Shown: piece by piece, positions 1 through 9,482 of the stretch
How the letters are laid out: each line of letters opens with the position of its first letter
Position numbering within the stretch: the first letter of the stretch is position 1
From: Asterionella formosa
Taxonomy: Eukaryota
Assembly (NCBI GenBank): GCA_002256025.1
Contig: NKIB01012688.1
Coordinates: forward strand, 52,750 to 72,749
Length of the DNA: 20,000 bases
Reading direction: 5' to 3'
Translations under genes and position numbers: made by a program
Notes under the pieces: model-generated
The model's database searches: none
What the model saw: the letters and a program-made list of their open reading frames with translations, nothing else
What the model was told of the DNA's origin: nothing

Positions 1-159
1 GACACTTTCACAAGCATCTAGAGAGTTCTCCACAAGCTCTCTCAACGTCGTGTAGAGAGACTTTCCAAGATTGTCGAAGCCAGCAATCGCTTGATTTTCT
101 GCAAAAAACTCTGCTGGGGATTTTTGAAGTTGGATTTCTTGTTTGTGTTTGGGTGGCAT
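1..159 (-). CDS. TOP6B: DNA topoisomerase VI subunit B, 5' end (runs off the left edge of the window)
   Basis: Manual minus-strand translation from the ATG at 159 gives [85 protein letters not shown] is the N-terminus of plant-type TopoVI-B and includes the GHKL ATPase motif I (ExxxNxxDA). Confidence 0.93.
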   Translation of the reverse strand, partial: MPPKHKQEIQLQKSPAEFFAENQAIAGFDNLGKSLYTTLRELVENSLDACESV

Positions 160-433
160 TTTGCGTGATCAAGGCAATACTAATAGCTAGGAACCTTGAT
201 GGAAGGAAGGAATGGCAGAATGCCTTCGGATTTACAAACAGAGAACGATGTACATCAATTGTGTCGATTACTGAATCTCAAAATGCAAACATTGTGTTCC
301 ACGAAAGTACCCGGTAGCATTGTTGTATACGGTAATGGGCGCGCTCTGAATATTAAAAAATTACATCATGTGCGTATGAAATACACAAATTATTTTTCTG
401 ATGTGCTCCATACCGGTAAAATAATATGTGATA

Positions 434-933
434 AACTTGTTTCTTTTTTCGCCTGATGGCAAAATCCACTGTTCTTAGCATTTCAATCCACCTGGAGTTC
501 TCCATGACTCCACCATGGCGATTTGGTCATCAATCTATGATCAAATTGAAATGGTTAACAGGGATACAGGTAAAATAGTTGAGGATTCATTCAGCATTTG
601 CATCATCTAAGAAATCAAATGCAAAGCTGAGATCCCATCAAAATAATGTTGATGCAAATGGTAATCATACTCAAGATCGATTTGTTGTAAACCATCAAGC
701 AAGTTCAGTCAGGAAGTTGTCGTAATAGGGAATGCAATGCCCCTCTGGGGCTTCAGGGGTCTTTCACTAGGATGAAAGATAAATTTCCTTATAAAGAGAA
801 AGGTGAAAGAAAACGTATCCTACAAATGATTGTGTTGCATTACAATTTTCGATCTAGTAAAGTTGGTCAGAATCAAATTGCTTCTGTTTGCATGCCTTAT
901 TTGCATTGAATTGCTAACAGAAATGCATTTTGA
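434..933 (+). pseudogene. Decayed PIF/Harbinger-type DDE transposase, C-terminal half
   Basis: Translation across stops and frameshifts gives NLFLFSPDGKIHCS*HFNPPGVLHDSTMA...TGKIVE/DSAFAS...HQASSVRKLS**GM/GLQGSFTRMKDKFPYKEKGERKRILQMIVLHYNFRSSKVGQNQIASVCMPYL. This fits the PG..HDS / DSAF / R...EWG...LQGSFPR / YN.R...VG.NQI signature of DDE_Tnp_4-like transposases. The EW codons now read TAA TAG. Confidence 0.88.
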
Positions 934-1034
934 TTCTTAGATATAAATGAAGTCATCATTGAGATCTACACCAAGTTCAGACAGATGAATCAACCTCTCC
1001 ACTTGCATCTGCTGCTTTTGATTTTTTCGAAATT

Positions 1035-1262
1035 ATTGTCTTGTTTTGCGTACCTGACCTCAGGAGGACAAGCTGGTGGGTCACCTGTTTTTTGACCTTG
1101 CTTGTGAAGCTGAGAAAATTTTCGCCAAATTGAAGTTCTAGCTAGTTAGATCCTTGTCTGAAAATTTTTCGTTGTGTCCAGCAGCAACACTTTCCCATTC
1201 GTGGGATCCAATTGGCAGATGGCTCAAGAAAGAATCCAACAATGACATAAACTCATTGAGCA
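1035..1262 (-). pseudogene. Decayed Myb/SANT-like companion ORF of the PIF/Harbinger element
   Basis: Minus-strand translation with frameshifts gives EFMSLLDSFLSHLPIGSHEWESVAAGHNEKFSDKD.../RKFSQLHKQGQKTGDP/ACPPEVRYAKQ. This fits the LPIG..EW..V...H....RKF..L.....TGDP.CP.EV..AK family (DUF6818-like) that accompanies Harbinger transposases. It is convergent with the transposase relic. Confidence 0.8.
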
Positions 1263-2116
1263 CTAGAGCTTGTCAACCCAACTTTGTAATGACTTTGTAT
1301 GCGAAACAATTTGCTACTGGTATTGAATAATTTAGCGGATCAACTCCTTGTCCGTGAGGGAGTGTATCCACCCTTTTTCCCTCATTCCAACACACAAAGT
1401 CACCATGTATCTTGGGTTGATATTGGGTTAGTGAGTTTTCAACAACACCTAGTAGGCTGGTAGCACCACGAAGTGCTACATGAGATCCCCTACTCCTAGC
1501 AATAGAATCAAATCGGTAAGTCAATCCACATTCAGTGTTTCACTGTTGTACTCACCGATCCGCTTCAACTAGCATAACAAGCAGCAGACAATGGGATCAA
1601 AGGAAAACGAACATTACCTATTGCAAGTCAGAATAGAGAAACGGCAGGCAGTATAGAGTGAGAATTATATTTGTGAGGAGGACGAAATCGGGCACATGAT
1701 ACGTAAAATCAATGAATATGTGAACAATATAATTTAACATTCTGGTCTCATAGAAATAATACCGAGTCTACAGCGATAATATTATAACATGCTCAAAGTT
1801 AGCGTTAAAGTTTAGCTTAAACCATGTATGGTTGTTTCGAGTACCACGTACGTATGTAGGCTAAAAAAGATGACTACCGGTAGAATATCTGTTAAGCATC
1901 ATGCATAACCGGAGCAAACACTTGCCACCAACATCAGATGTATCAATATCATCATTTGTCCATCGAAATATAGACAATGCGACTACATGAATTCCTCGAG
2001 AAGACAAGCGATCCAACAACCAACCGCATCCATTAGACAACGAATCGCTACTGGCGTCATAACTGAACTGATTTCGCTTCAAGCCAGCCATGATGGACGA
2101 CGCACAATTGGCATGG

Positions 2117-2146
2117 TGAAAGGTGAATTCCGGAATTCACTTTTCA
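2117..2146. repeat. 30-bp near-perfect palindrome
   Basis: tgaaaggtgaattccggaattcacttttca has a perfect 18-bp core (GTGAATTCCGGAATTCAC) and one mismatched pair in the arms. Confidence 0.85.
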
Positions 2147-2226
2147 GGAGACGAGCAAAAAAGAGGTGAATTCTAGATATGTATGTTATTAAAATCTGTA
2201 GAATATAAAAAATTGTTTCCTTAAGT

Positions 2227-2408
2227 AGACCCCTTGCCAATTTCGGTAATCCCAGGGCTGGAAAACCAAGGGGCAATCGGCACAAATTGTAATGCCAAAA
2301 TGCAAACATAGGAAACATACAAAATATATTTTTTAATGGTGGGCAATATCAGACCCATTGCAACTTTCGCTGGGAAGATAGGAAATATATTTTATATGAT
2401 GGGCTATA
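2227..2408 (+). repeat. Degenerate two-copy direct repeat
   Basis: agaccccttgccaatttcg (2227) resembles agacccattgcaactttcg (2351). ataggaaa...aaatatattttttaatggtgggcaata (2308-2348) resembles ataggaaatatattttatatgatgggctata (2378-2408). Confidence 0.55.
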
Positions 2409-2664
2409 GTGAGCTAAAAATGACATTTGCACTCAATGAGTGGGTAGTAGGTAAGCAAATGGCACGACGATAGCTAGTTTGTGAATTGCCTCAACAATCG
2501 GTGGCTACATGTCTTCTTGTACACATGTGTACTTGCAGGCATGAGACCACCTCAGGCATGTATTGTCTTCAGCACTTAATAACAAATGAGGTTAATATAT
2601 AGAATTCGACTTGGCAGGAATTATTTTTATTTTAGGGTCAAACTTATTCCCCCAATCTCAAACA

Positions 2665-2684
2665 CCCCCCCCCCCCTCCCCCCC
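2665..2684. repeat. Poly-C tract (poly-G on the minus strand)
   Basis: A 20-nt C run interrupted by one T, preceded by a further CCCCC near 2649. Confidence 0.85.
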
Positions 2685-3274
2685 AATCATAGCAAGGTCC
2701 GGAAACTGGATTTTCAGAAAATCTTTCTTCGAAATTAGATCTTAATAAAATTGAAATTAATTGGCCAGCTCGAAACCTGTTGGAAATTCTAAATGTTTAA
2801 GTTGACTTTTGACCCATAATGTAGAATAGGTCGTTTTGATCACAAAAAAGCGGAATTTTTGAAAGTTCAGGAAAATTGCAAGTGTGGTTTCATGCCGTTT
2901 CTTTACCACGCCATACACGATTCCTGGAACTGAAGTCAAAGTTACATACCGGTACATGCATTGTCTTTCCTGAAGCAACGTATTATTATTAGTCTTATGC
3001 ATGCTGTATTATGGTTTTTGCGGGTTGGAAGAGTTCAACTACGGCAATAATAGTCCATGTACCGGTATATATTTTGTTGAATCATGTTATGAATTGATGA
3101 CGATCTCTGACATTTCGATACCTGACTAATTAGCACCTGTCCGGCGACACGTGCGTTGTCTGATTCAGGAAAATGACCGCAGCTTGCTGTATCGATGACA
3201 GCATGTCTCATCATGTTGCACCCACCATCAGCCGAAGAATGCATTGAACTTACCGGTACTATTATTATCCCTTT

Positions 3275-3390
3275 TATTAGAACAAGAACAAACGAATGCA
3301 TCTCATTGAGTTTTCGGATACATTCCCCATACTGGGATCAAGATATTAGAACAAACGAAGCAAGCAACGAATGCATCTGATTGACTTTTC
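3275..3390 (+). repeat. Imperfect direct duplication upstream of the STAND gene
   Basis: tattagaacaa..aacgaatgcatctcattgagttttc (3275-3315) versus tattagaacaa..aacgaatgcatctgattgacttttc (3344-3390). Confidence 0.75.
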
Positions 3391-3510
3391 TATTTATCTC
3401 CGCCACCCTGACTACCGTTGGCCTTCTGGACAACTACCCGATATATAGATACATCCATTGATAGCTTTTATCTCTCACGCTCGCACAAGGTCGCCTTTGT
3501 TGACGAGACC

Positions 3511-6500
3511 ATGTCCTTCATCCTTCCTCATTCGCCTCTGGGGGATTCTCTCAAGTTACACCAACAACAACAACAACAACAACAAGACACGGTGGAAACC
3601 ATTACTATTGTTGTGCCAAACAAGAGCACAACAAGGAGGTCAGCGATGGATGGCGACGACGGAACGGACGATGGAACGATGAGTGTCATTAGTTCCTTGT
3701 CATTCGACGACGACTTTTATTGCGAGCAATCCGCCATTTGCGTCAAACGTACTGGTGCTATTTACGGCAGAACCAAAGAAGTTGACATATTATTGGAAAC
3801 GTTCCAACGAGTCAGAAACGGACCTTCGGAAGTGATTGCTATTTCAGGCGAAGCAGGCTCTGGCAAGAGCCAAGTCGTGGAGGCCATTCGTGAGCCTGTG
3901 ACTTTAGAATTTAATGGATACTTCGTCATGGGCAAGTTTGACCAGCTTAGGTTGGACGAGCCGTATAGTGCGATTGTGAACGCTTTCCAAGACTTGACAG
4001 AGTTCATCAGCCTGTCGGAACATGTCGAACAACGGCGAGAAGAAATTGGCGCTGCGCTCGGGGCGGATGCTGCCTTGCTTTGCAATTTAATACCAGGTCT
4101 TTCCAAGTTAATTAACATTGGTGGTCCATCAGGACAACACGATGAAGTGCGAGAAGAGAGGAGGAATAGTTTCGATAAACTCACATTGGCCTGTCGAACT
4201 CTTCTTGATACAATTGCAACCAAAGAGAATCCGCTATGTTTCTTCCTTGATGACATTCAATGGGCTGATGCAGCATCCATGTTATTGATTCAGACTCTCA
4301 TTTCGAATGTCAACAGCAATCATGTTCTACTAGTTTTTGCGTATCGGGATAACGTACCAAACGTGGTTAAGGACATTGAGGGAATCTTGAATGGATTCCA
4401 AAATAGCCGTGAAATGATCACAACAAAAATGTCAATTTATAATATTGATGTTGAGTCTATCAATCTCTTGATATGCAATCGATTGAATATGACCAATTCT
4501 GATGAATCATTGGCATTGAGTGAATGCGTTTGGAAGAAAACTTTGGGAAATCCTTTCTTTGTCCTGGAATTTCTGGATGAGTTACTTGCCCGAGGTTTCA
4601 TGATTCGAATTGGCACATGTTGGGAGATTGATATTGAGAGAATCCAAACTGAGACAGATATTTCTACAAATGTTGCAACCATTATCTATGAAAAGTTGCA
4701 ACGACTCCATGTTCATGTCAGGACAGTGCTCACATTTGCTGCATATATTGGGTTTGAGTTCCGATGCAATGTACTGGAAGCAATTGTGGTATCTGAACAC
4801 AATTCTAGTACTCCTATATTTTCTCGATTTGAAATGGCCGATTATGGCATTTCAGGACAAATCTCAAAGGATCATTACCATAAATGGGTGAAAGGAATCC
4901 TTCATATTGCCATTGCAGCGGGACTAATTGAAACGAGTGATCATGCCGGAAAAACCATGAAATTTGTTCATGACTATCCCCAAACTATTCTGTATAATTC
5001 AATTCCAAAATGCACTGCACGATCAAGGATACACATGCGAATTGGTCGAGGTATGAGAGAAAGCATGCTCAATGGATCAAGTGAAATTATTTTTGCAATA
5101 GTTCACCATCTCAACCATGCGTCATCGTGCATGAGTGCAGAATGGGAACTAGTTGACTTAGCAAGACTTAACCTTGAGGCAGCAGAGTTGGCAATAAAGA
5201 AGAAATTTGCTTTCTTGAATGCTTCAGAGTACTTGCGATGTGCAATAGATCTCCTTGACGCAGAGACGATGTGGCAAAGTCATTATGGTCTCTGCCTTCA
5301 ACTTCACAGTTTGTCTGCTGAAACAGAATATTGTCTTGGGAATTTTGAGCGTAGTCAGGCAATGGTAGAGTGTGTCTTGGTCAATGGACGAACAATTGAG
5401 GATAAGGCATCTGCTTACTATGCAGAGATTGATGCTCTCAATGCACAAGCAATGCCATCGCAGTCAATTATTAAAGGGTTATCAATCTTAAGATTGCTGG
5501 GCGAAGAAATAATGCAAACAAATACAAAGATCAAGTTTGAACGTCAAATTACCAAAATAAGGGGCATTCTTCGTGGGAAATCTGATGAGGTGATCCTCTC
5601 TCTACCAATGCTGAAAAATGACGCAAAAATCCTCATTATTACAACGATCTTAGTGAAAATCATGACAGCTACATTTTTTGCAAAGGACGAAGCTTTATTT
5701 GCATGCGTTGTTTTGCGGTTGGTTCAACTATCAATGGAGGAGGGTTTGTCGTCTGTATCACCACCTGTGTTTGCTGGGTATGCATTGATGGAATCAAAGC
5801 TTGGAAATGCAGAATGTGCCTATCGGTTTGGCATGCTCTCCCTTAACCTGATGAAGGAACTCAGTTCACCAAAGACCACATGTCGAACCCTTACCATTGT
5901 GTGGAGCTTTGTTTTATTTTGGAAACGGCCCCTTATTGAAGCTTCCAAAGAGTTACGGGAAGCGTGTGCCATTGGAACTGATCAAGGTGACATGGAGTAT
6001 GCTTGCCTTGCAGCATTTTCCTACGTCAAATTTTCATATTTTTGTGGAGAAAGTTTGCATGAACTTGAAAAGGACTGCCGGGACACGTGTGAACAAATGC
6101 GGACATTCAAGCAAGAGGGTGCATTACAGCTCACACTACAGTACTGGTGGGCTATCCTTTCCCTAATAGGAGCGGACCCTAACTACCATTACCTTTTGCA
6201 GCAAGATGGCATCACAGATGAGGCTGTGCTATCTAAAAATTCAAATTTAAACAACAACAAGGGTGTAGTTGTAACCTGCAGGCTCATAAAGCTTGTGAAT
6301 TCCATTTATGTTGGCGATCTTGGAACATCAGAGGAAATGATAACCAAGATTTCTCAAGATGAGACATATGTGAATCGGCCTCAATTATTTATACTCATGT
6401 ACAAGTTCCACGCAGGGCTTGCCTTCTATGCATTGGCAGCATGCTCATCGCTGCACAAGAAAACTCAATATCAGCGAAGTGCTGACAAGTTTCGAAAAGA

Positions 6501-6822
6501 TCTAATAAAGTTGAGTAAAGTGGGCTGTCCCACTGCAACAGTATTTTCCGCACTCTTGAATGCTGAGCACACTGCTTTAGTGTCAAGAGATGCAAGCAAA
6601 GTGCTGAAAGCATACGTGCATGCTGTTCAGATTGCAGCAAGCAACGCTTTCGTTAACTATGAAGCACTTTCCAATGAACGAGCATATTTTGCTTTGCTAG
6701 ATCATGGTATCAATGCTCCAATTTTTCTTAATTGTGCAATAAAATGTTACATGGCTTGGGGTGCAGACAGGAAGGTTGAAATCCTCAGAAACAAACTTCC
6801 CACTGGCAAACAGTCAGCATGA
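3511..6822 (+). CDS. STAND-class AAA ATPase (AAA_16-like) with a C-terminal TPR-like helical region
   Basis: Uninterrupted ORF; the first in-frame ATG is at 3511 (the track start at 3418 is TTG). Motifs: IYGRTKE, Walker A GEAGSGKS (3847-3870), GKFDQ...PYSAI, Walker B CFFLDDIQWAD, TLGNPFFV (GxP), FVHD (4963-4974), then helical repeats ending in ALSNER...AI.CY..WGA..KV. This matches the ATPase+TPR core of bacterial Ser/Thr kinase-ATPase-His kinase hybrids. Confidence 0.9.
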   Translation: MSFILPHSPLGDSLKLHQQQQQQQQDTVETITIVVPNKSTTRRSAMDGDDGTDDGTMSVISSLSFDDDFYCEQSAICVKRTGAIYGRTKEVDILLETFQRVRNGPSEVIAISGEAGSGKSQVVEAIREPVTLEFNGYFVMGKFDQLRLDEPYSAIVNAFQDLTEFISLSEHVEQRREEIGAALGADAALLCNLIPGLSKLINIGGPSGQHDEVREERRNSFDKLTLACRTLLDTIATKENPLCFFLDDIQWADAASMLLIQTLISNVNSNHVLLVFAYRDNVPNVVKDIEGILNGFQNSREMITTKMSIYNIDVESINLLICNRLNMTNSDESLALSECVWKKTLGNPFFVLEFLDELLARGFMIRIGTCWEIDIERIQTETDISTNVATIIYEKLQRLHVHVRTVLTFAAYIGFEFRCNVLEAIVVSEHNSSTPIFSRFEMADYGISGQISKDHYHKWVKGILHIAIAAGLIETSDHAGKTMKFVHDYPQTILYNSIPKCTARSRIHMRIGRGMRESMLNGSSEIIFAIVHHLNHASSCMSAEWELVDLARLNLEAAELAIKKKFAFLNASEYLRCAIDLLDAETMWQSHYGLCLQLHSLSAETEYCLGNFERSQAMVECVLVNGRTIEDKASAYYAEIDALNAQAMPSQSIIKGLSILRLLGEEIMQTNTKIKFERQITKIRGILRGKSDEVILSLPMLKNDAKILIITTILVKIMTATFFAKDEALFACVVLRLVQLSMEEGLSSVSPPVFAGYALMESKLGNAECAYRFGMLSLNLMKELSSPKTTCRTLTIVWSFVLFWKRPLIEASKELREACAIGTDQGDMEYACLAAFSYVKFSYFCGESLHELEKDCRDTCEQMRTFKQEGALQLTLQYWWAILSLIGADPNYHYLLQQDGITDEAVLSKNSNLNNNKGVVVTCRLIKLVNSIYVGDLGTSEEMITKISQDETYVNRPQLFILMYKFHAGLAFYALAACSSLHKKTQYQRSADKFRKDLIKLSKVGCPTATVFSALLNAEHTALVSRDASKVLKAYVHAVQIAASNAFVNYEALSNERAYFALLDHGINAPIFLNCAIKCYMAWGADRKVEILRNKLPTGKQSA
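3562..3585 (+). repeat. (CAA)8 microsatellite encoding polyQ
   Basis: Eight perfect CAA units in frame at the N-terminus of the STAND protein. Confidence 0.95.
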
Positions 6823-7583
6823 GCTTTCAGACTTTTCATGCTATGGGATACTAACATGGGCCAGCAGGTACATCAGTCTACACAGCTTACCTTGCTTGCT
6901 AAGAATTACTAGTGAGCCTTAGGTAGGGGAGAGCCAATATCATAGGGATACAATTGTTAGTGTGTGATGCATTCAGTTGTGACTTAACACTACTATTGGC
7001 AAAATCATTCATGTTTTCTGTGTTGAGCACAAAAATATCAGTACGTAGAATCATTATTATGCTAGCATAATGTTTCCAAATTCAACATTGCGCCCAAAAT
7101 GTTCTTTGCATTTGATTCCTTCAACACTCAAAAAGGTTACAAGAAAATCACGATGTTGACAAACAGAAAAGCAATAATACTCCTGAGTACAGAGTAACTT
7201 GGAGGACTCAAAGATACTAGCTCACATTGTTCTGACTGGGTGGGTGAAGGGATCAGAGAAAATGGCCTAAATGGCTTAGACTGCCGTCATATGGTGGCCC
7301 AATTCCATCGAATCTGCTAAACAGAGATAATTATATCCAAGTGGAATCCACATGTGTAAAACCCTCTCCTGCCATTTGGCTAGTCCCTCAACCATCACAA
7401 CCACTTCCTTGCAGGACTTAAATGTGATGGTTGGCTAATTGTCTGCTTTTCCTTGAGAAGCCTGCTCATCTGTACTTACGGCCTTGTTTGCTTTAGCCTT
7501 ACACAAGTACCCCCGGGTGGAATCTGGAGTGTATGACATGGTAGTCTATGAAATAGGTTGACCAACTCAAGCTTGGACAAAGT

Positions 7584-8876
7584 TTAATTTGGCATAGTGC
7601 TATGTACTTTTGATTTGCCTTTGTGAACTCTTGCCATGCGAAAATGTTTCATACTAGGGAGATAGCATTCAACCAAAGGACTCAAATTAACGTAACGACT
7701 TCTTTTATACACAATCATTTCTTCCAACAGCATAGATGACGATCGTTGCCTATGTCCAATAAAAGCATGTACTGCGCTTGAGGCCAATGCTAGATCCTGA
7801 AAGAAGCCAGCTCCAGAGTACGGCCCATGGTCAACTCGGAAGGATATCCCATCATCGTGATTTGCAAACATTGGAGTGCAATTGAGACTAGTCACGAAAT
7901 CATTAAGAAGCTCCAGAGTCCTTTGGCGATCTGAGAGGAGAATAACTGCGCACGGTCGCGAGAAATTTGCTAAAACTTGCTGTAGGCATTTCTGCTCTCT
8001 TGTAATGTTTTCGCCCTTATCTAGTTGCGACGTATGCCTTGAGTGAAGTGCTATAGTAGCTGTTGATTTCATGGCTTCCAAGGTTTGCAGACTGGGCTGA
8101 ATCGAGTCATGAAATTGGAAAGCTTCATCAAGAAGCATCCCATAAAGGTATCTGTGTCCCTTTGAAAATAAACGTTCTGCGAGAGTTCTGGCCTGGGCAG
8201 TTTGCAACAATTGCTCCCGACCATGCATGCTCGCAATCACGTCGGCATCGCGCCCAAGTAGCTGCCCGGTATCAATGACCTTGTCTGTTATGATATCTAT
8301 GCTCAAACCGTTGTTTTTGTCGGTTTCGTTCTGGTGCAACTTTAATCTCCCTTTCAAGTGAATCTTGGTCTTCGCGTATGGCACCAACGTTGCCTGACCC
8401 AGATTCAGCTTGTGTGCCCAGCTATCGTAGGATGGGATCCAACTACTTCTTATCAGTACACGTGCACAATCCTGTTCCTTGTTCGCAGATGCACAAATGG
8501 CTAAATCATGGTTGCTCCCCTGTGCCAAACAGGTAGCCGTATCATAGTACTTCCATAGTAAGGTCCGATTCGTTACCAAAGCCCATACAAATGCGTTTGT
8601 AAAGTGATGCAAGCGATTCCCTGCCTGAAGTGGACACGAGTAGTAGCCGACGAGAAAAGTTCGGTCGTTGCATCCTCCGGATAGGCATGCGACTCGAAGC
8701 GCTTCTTCTGAGTGCTGCGATTTGTACGTGGTTAGAATGTGAACTGGAGTGTCGGGAAGGATGATATATTCTTCGCGAGAATGACGTTCCGACGGACGTT
8801 GTTGCCATATACCAAGCAAAGCTAGTAGTCCAAGCAATGATACAGCTGCAACACGAGACGACGGTTGAAGCAACAT
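7584..8876 (-). CDS. Type II membrane protein, putative fucosyltransferase-like GT-B enzyme (GT23/GT37-like)
   Basis: 430-aa ORF with an N-terminal TM anchor (VAAVSLLGLLALLGIW). QAGNRLHHFTNAFVWALVTNRTLL resembles the GxGNR...AL.T.R.L motif. IALHSRH resembles the H.R GDP-fucose-binding motif. DLALAS...FIG...SSS resembles motif III of alpha-1,2/1,6/O-fucosyltransferases. Confidence 0.75.
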   Translation of the reverse strand: MLLQPSSRVAAVSLLGLLALLGIWQQRPSERHSREEYIILPDTPVHILTTYKSQHSEEALRVACLSGGCNDRTFLVGYYSCPLQAGNRLHHFTNAFVWALVTNRTLLWKYYDTATCLAQGSNHDLAICASANKEQDCARVLIRSSWIPSYDSWAHKLNLGQATLVPYAKTKIHLKGRLKLHQNETDKNNGLSIDIITDKVIDTGQLLGRDADVIASMHGREQLLQTAQARTLAERLFSKGHRYLYGMLLDEAFQFHDSIQPSLQTLEAMKSTATIALHSRHTSQLDKGENITREQKCLQQVLANFSRPCAVILLSDRQRTLELLNDFVTSLNCTPMFANHDDGISFRVDHGPYSGAGFFQDLALASSAVHAFIGHRQRSSSMLLEEMIVYKRSRYVNLSPLVECYLPSMKHFRMARVHKGKSKVHSTMPN

Positions 8877-9482
8877 TTACGGGATATTCTGGACTAGACT
8901 ACCTGGGAACTGGGACCATCCATTGATCATGATTAAGTATAGTACCGGTAAATAATAATTTTGAATTGAATTGTGGTCCTCATCATTTGGGTCCATCATA
9001 CCGGTATCTTGTTTTGATTTCTTTATTACGCACGGCCGGCCGAGCAAACCTCGCTCACGCACGACAAATGTAGCAATCTTGCTCACAGTACATATTACAA
9101 ATGTGATATTTATTTTTATAAACAGGATACCGTAGCATTGTCCACTGTAGCATATACTGTCCCGGCAGGTGAAGTCGACAGTGCAGGTACTAGGTACCAG
9201 GTAGTCTACCGTTATGTACCGATGTGGTCTTCCAGACCGTACATACATAGGATTCATACCTATACCAGTAGTAGTATGTACGAACGCTCTGCTTGCTATA
9301 AAAATAGTCTTTTGAATGTCGATTACTTTACCGACTCCATCCAAGCAATATCTTCATCGGCCAGCAGGCAGAGTTGTTGACCAGGAACACGATATCTATA
9401 ATTCAAAAAAGACCCTAGTCGTTTGTAAAGGAAGCAGTAACAGCAACAGCGTTAGCATCAGGATCAGTTCATTCCAATAATA
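8877..9482. promoter_or_regulatory. Probable bidirectional promoter between divergent genes
   Basis: 606-bp spacer between the ATGs at 8876 (-) and 9483 (+). It contains TACCGGTA at 8943 and 8999 and ggtactaggtaccaggta at about 9186-9203. Confidence 0.55.

Noticed and set aside
196..456. 86-aa plus-strand ORF
   Set aside because: Non-ATG track start, no motifs, and it lies in the AT-rich TOP6B upstream region.
1271..1590. Possible solo LTR (starts TGTCAA at the truncation point of the Myb-like relic, with candidate ends in ACA) and the 83-aa ORF 1273-1524
   Set aside because: No convincing target-site duplication, no second copy, and no recognisable motif in the ORF.
3418..3510. N-terminal extension of the STAND ORF in the track
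   Set aside because: It starts at TTG; in a eukaryote the ATG at 3511 is the more likely start.
6823..7583. CpG-poor spacer that may be an old TE fragment, with a 16-bp palindrome attatgctagcataat near 7056
   Set aside because: No identifiable protein motif in the frames I read, and a single AT-rich palindrome is weak evidence.
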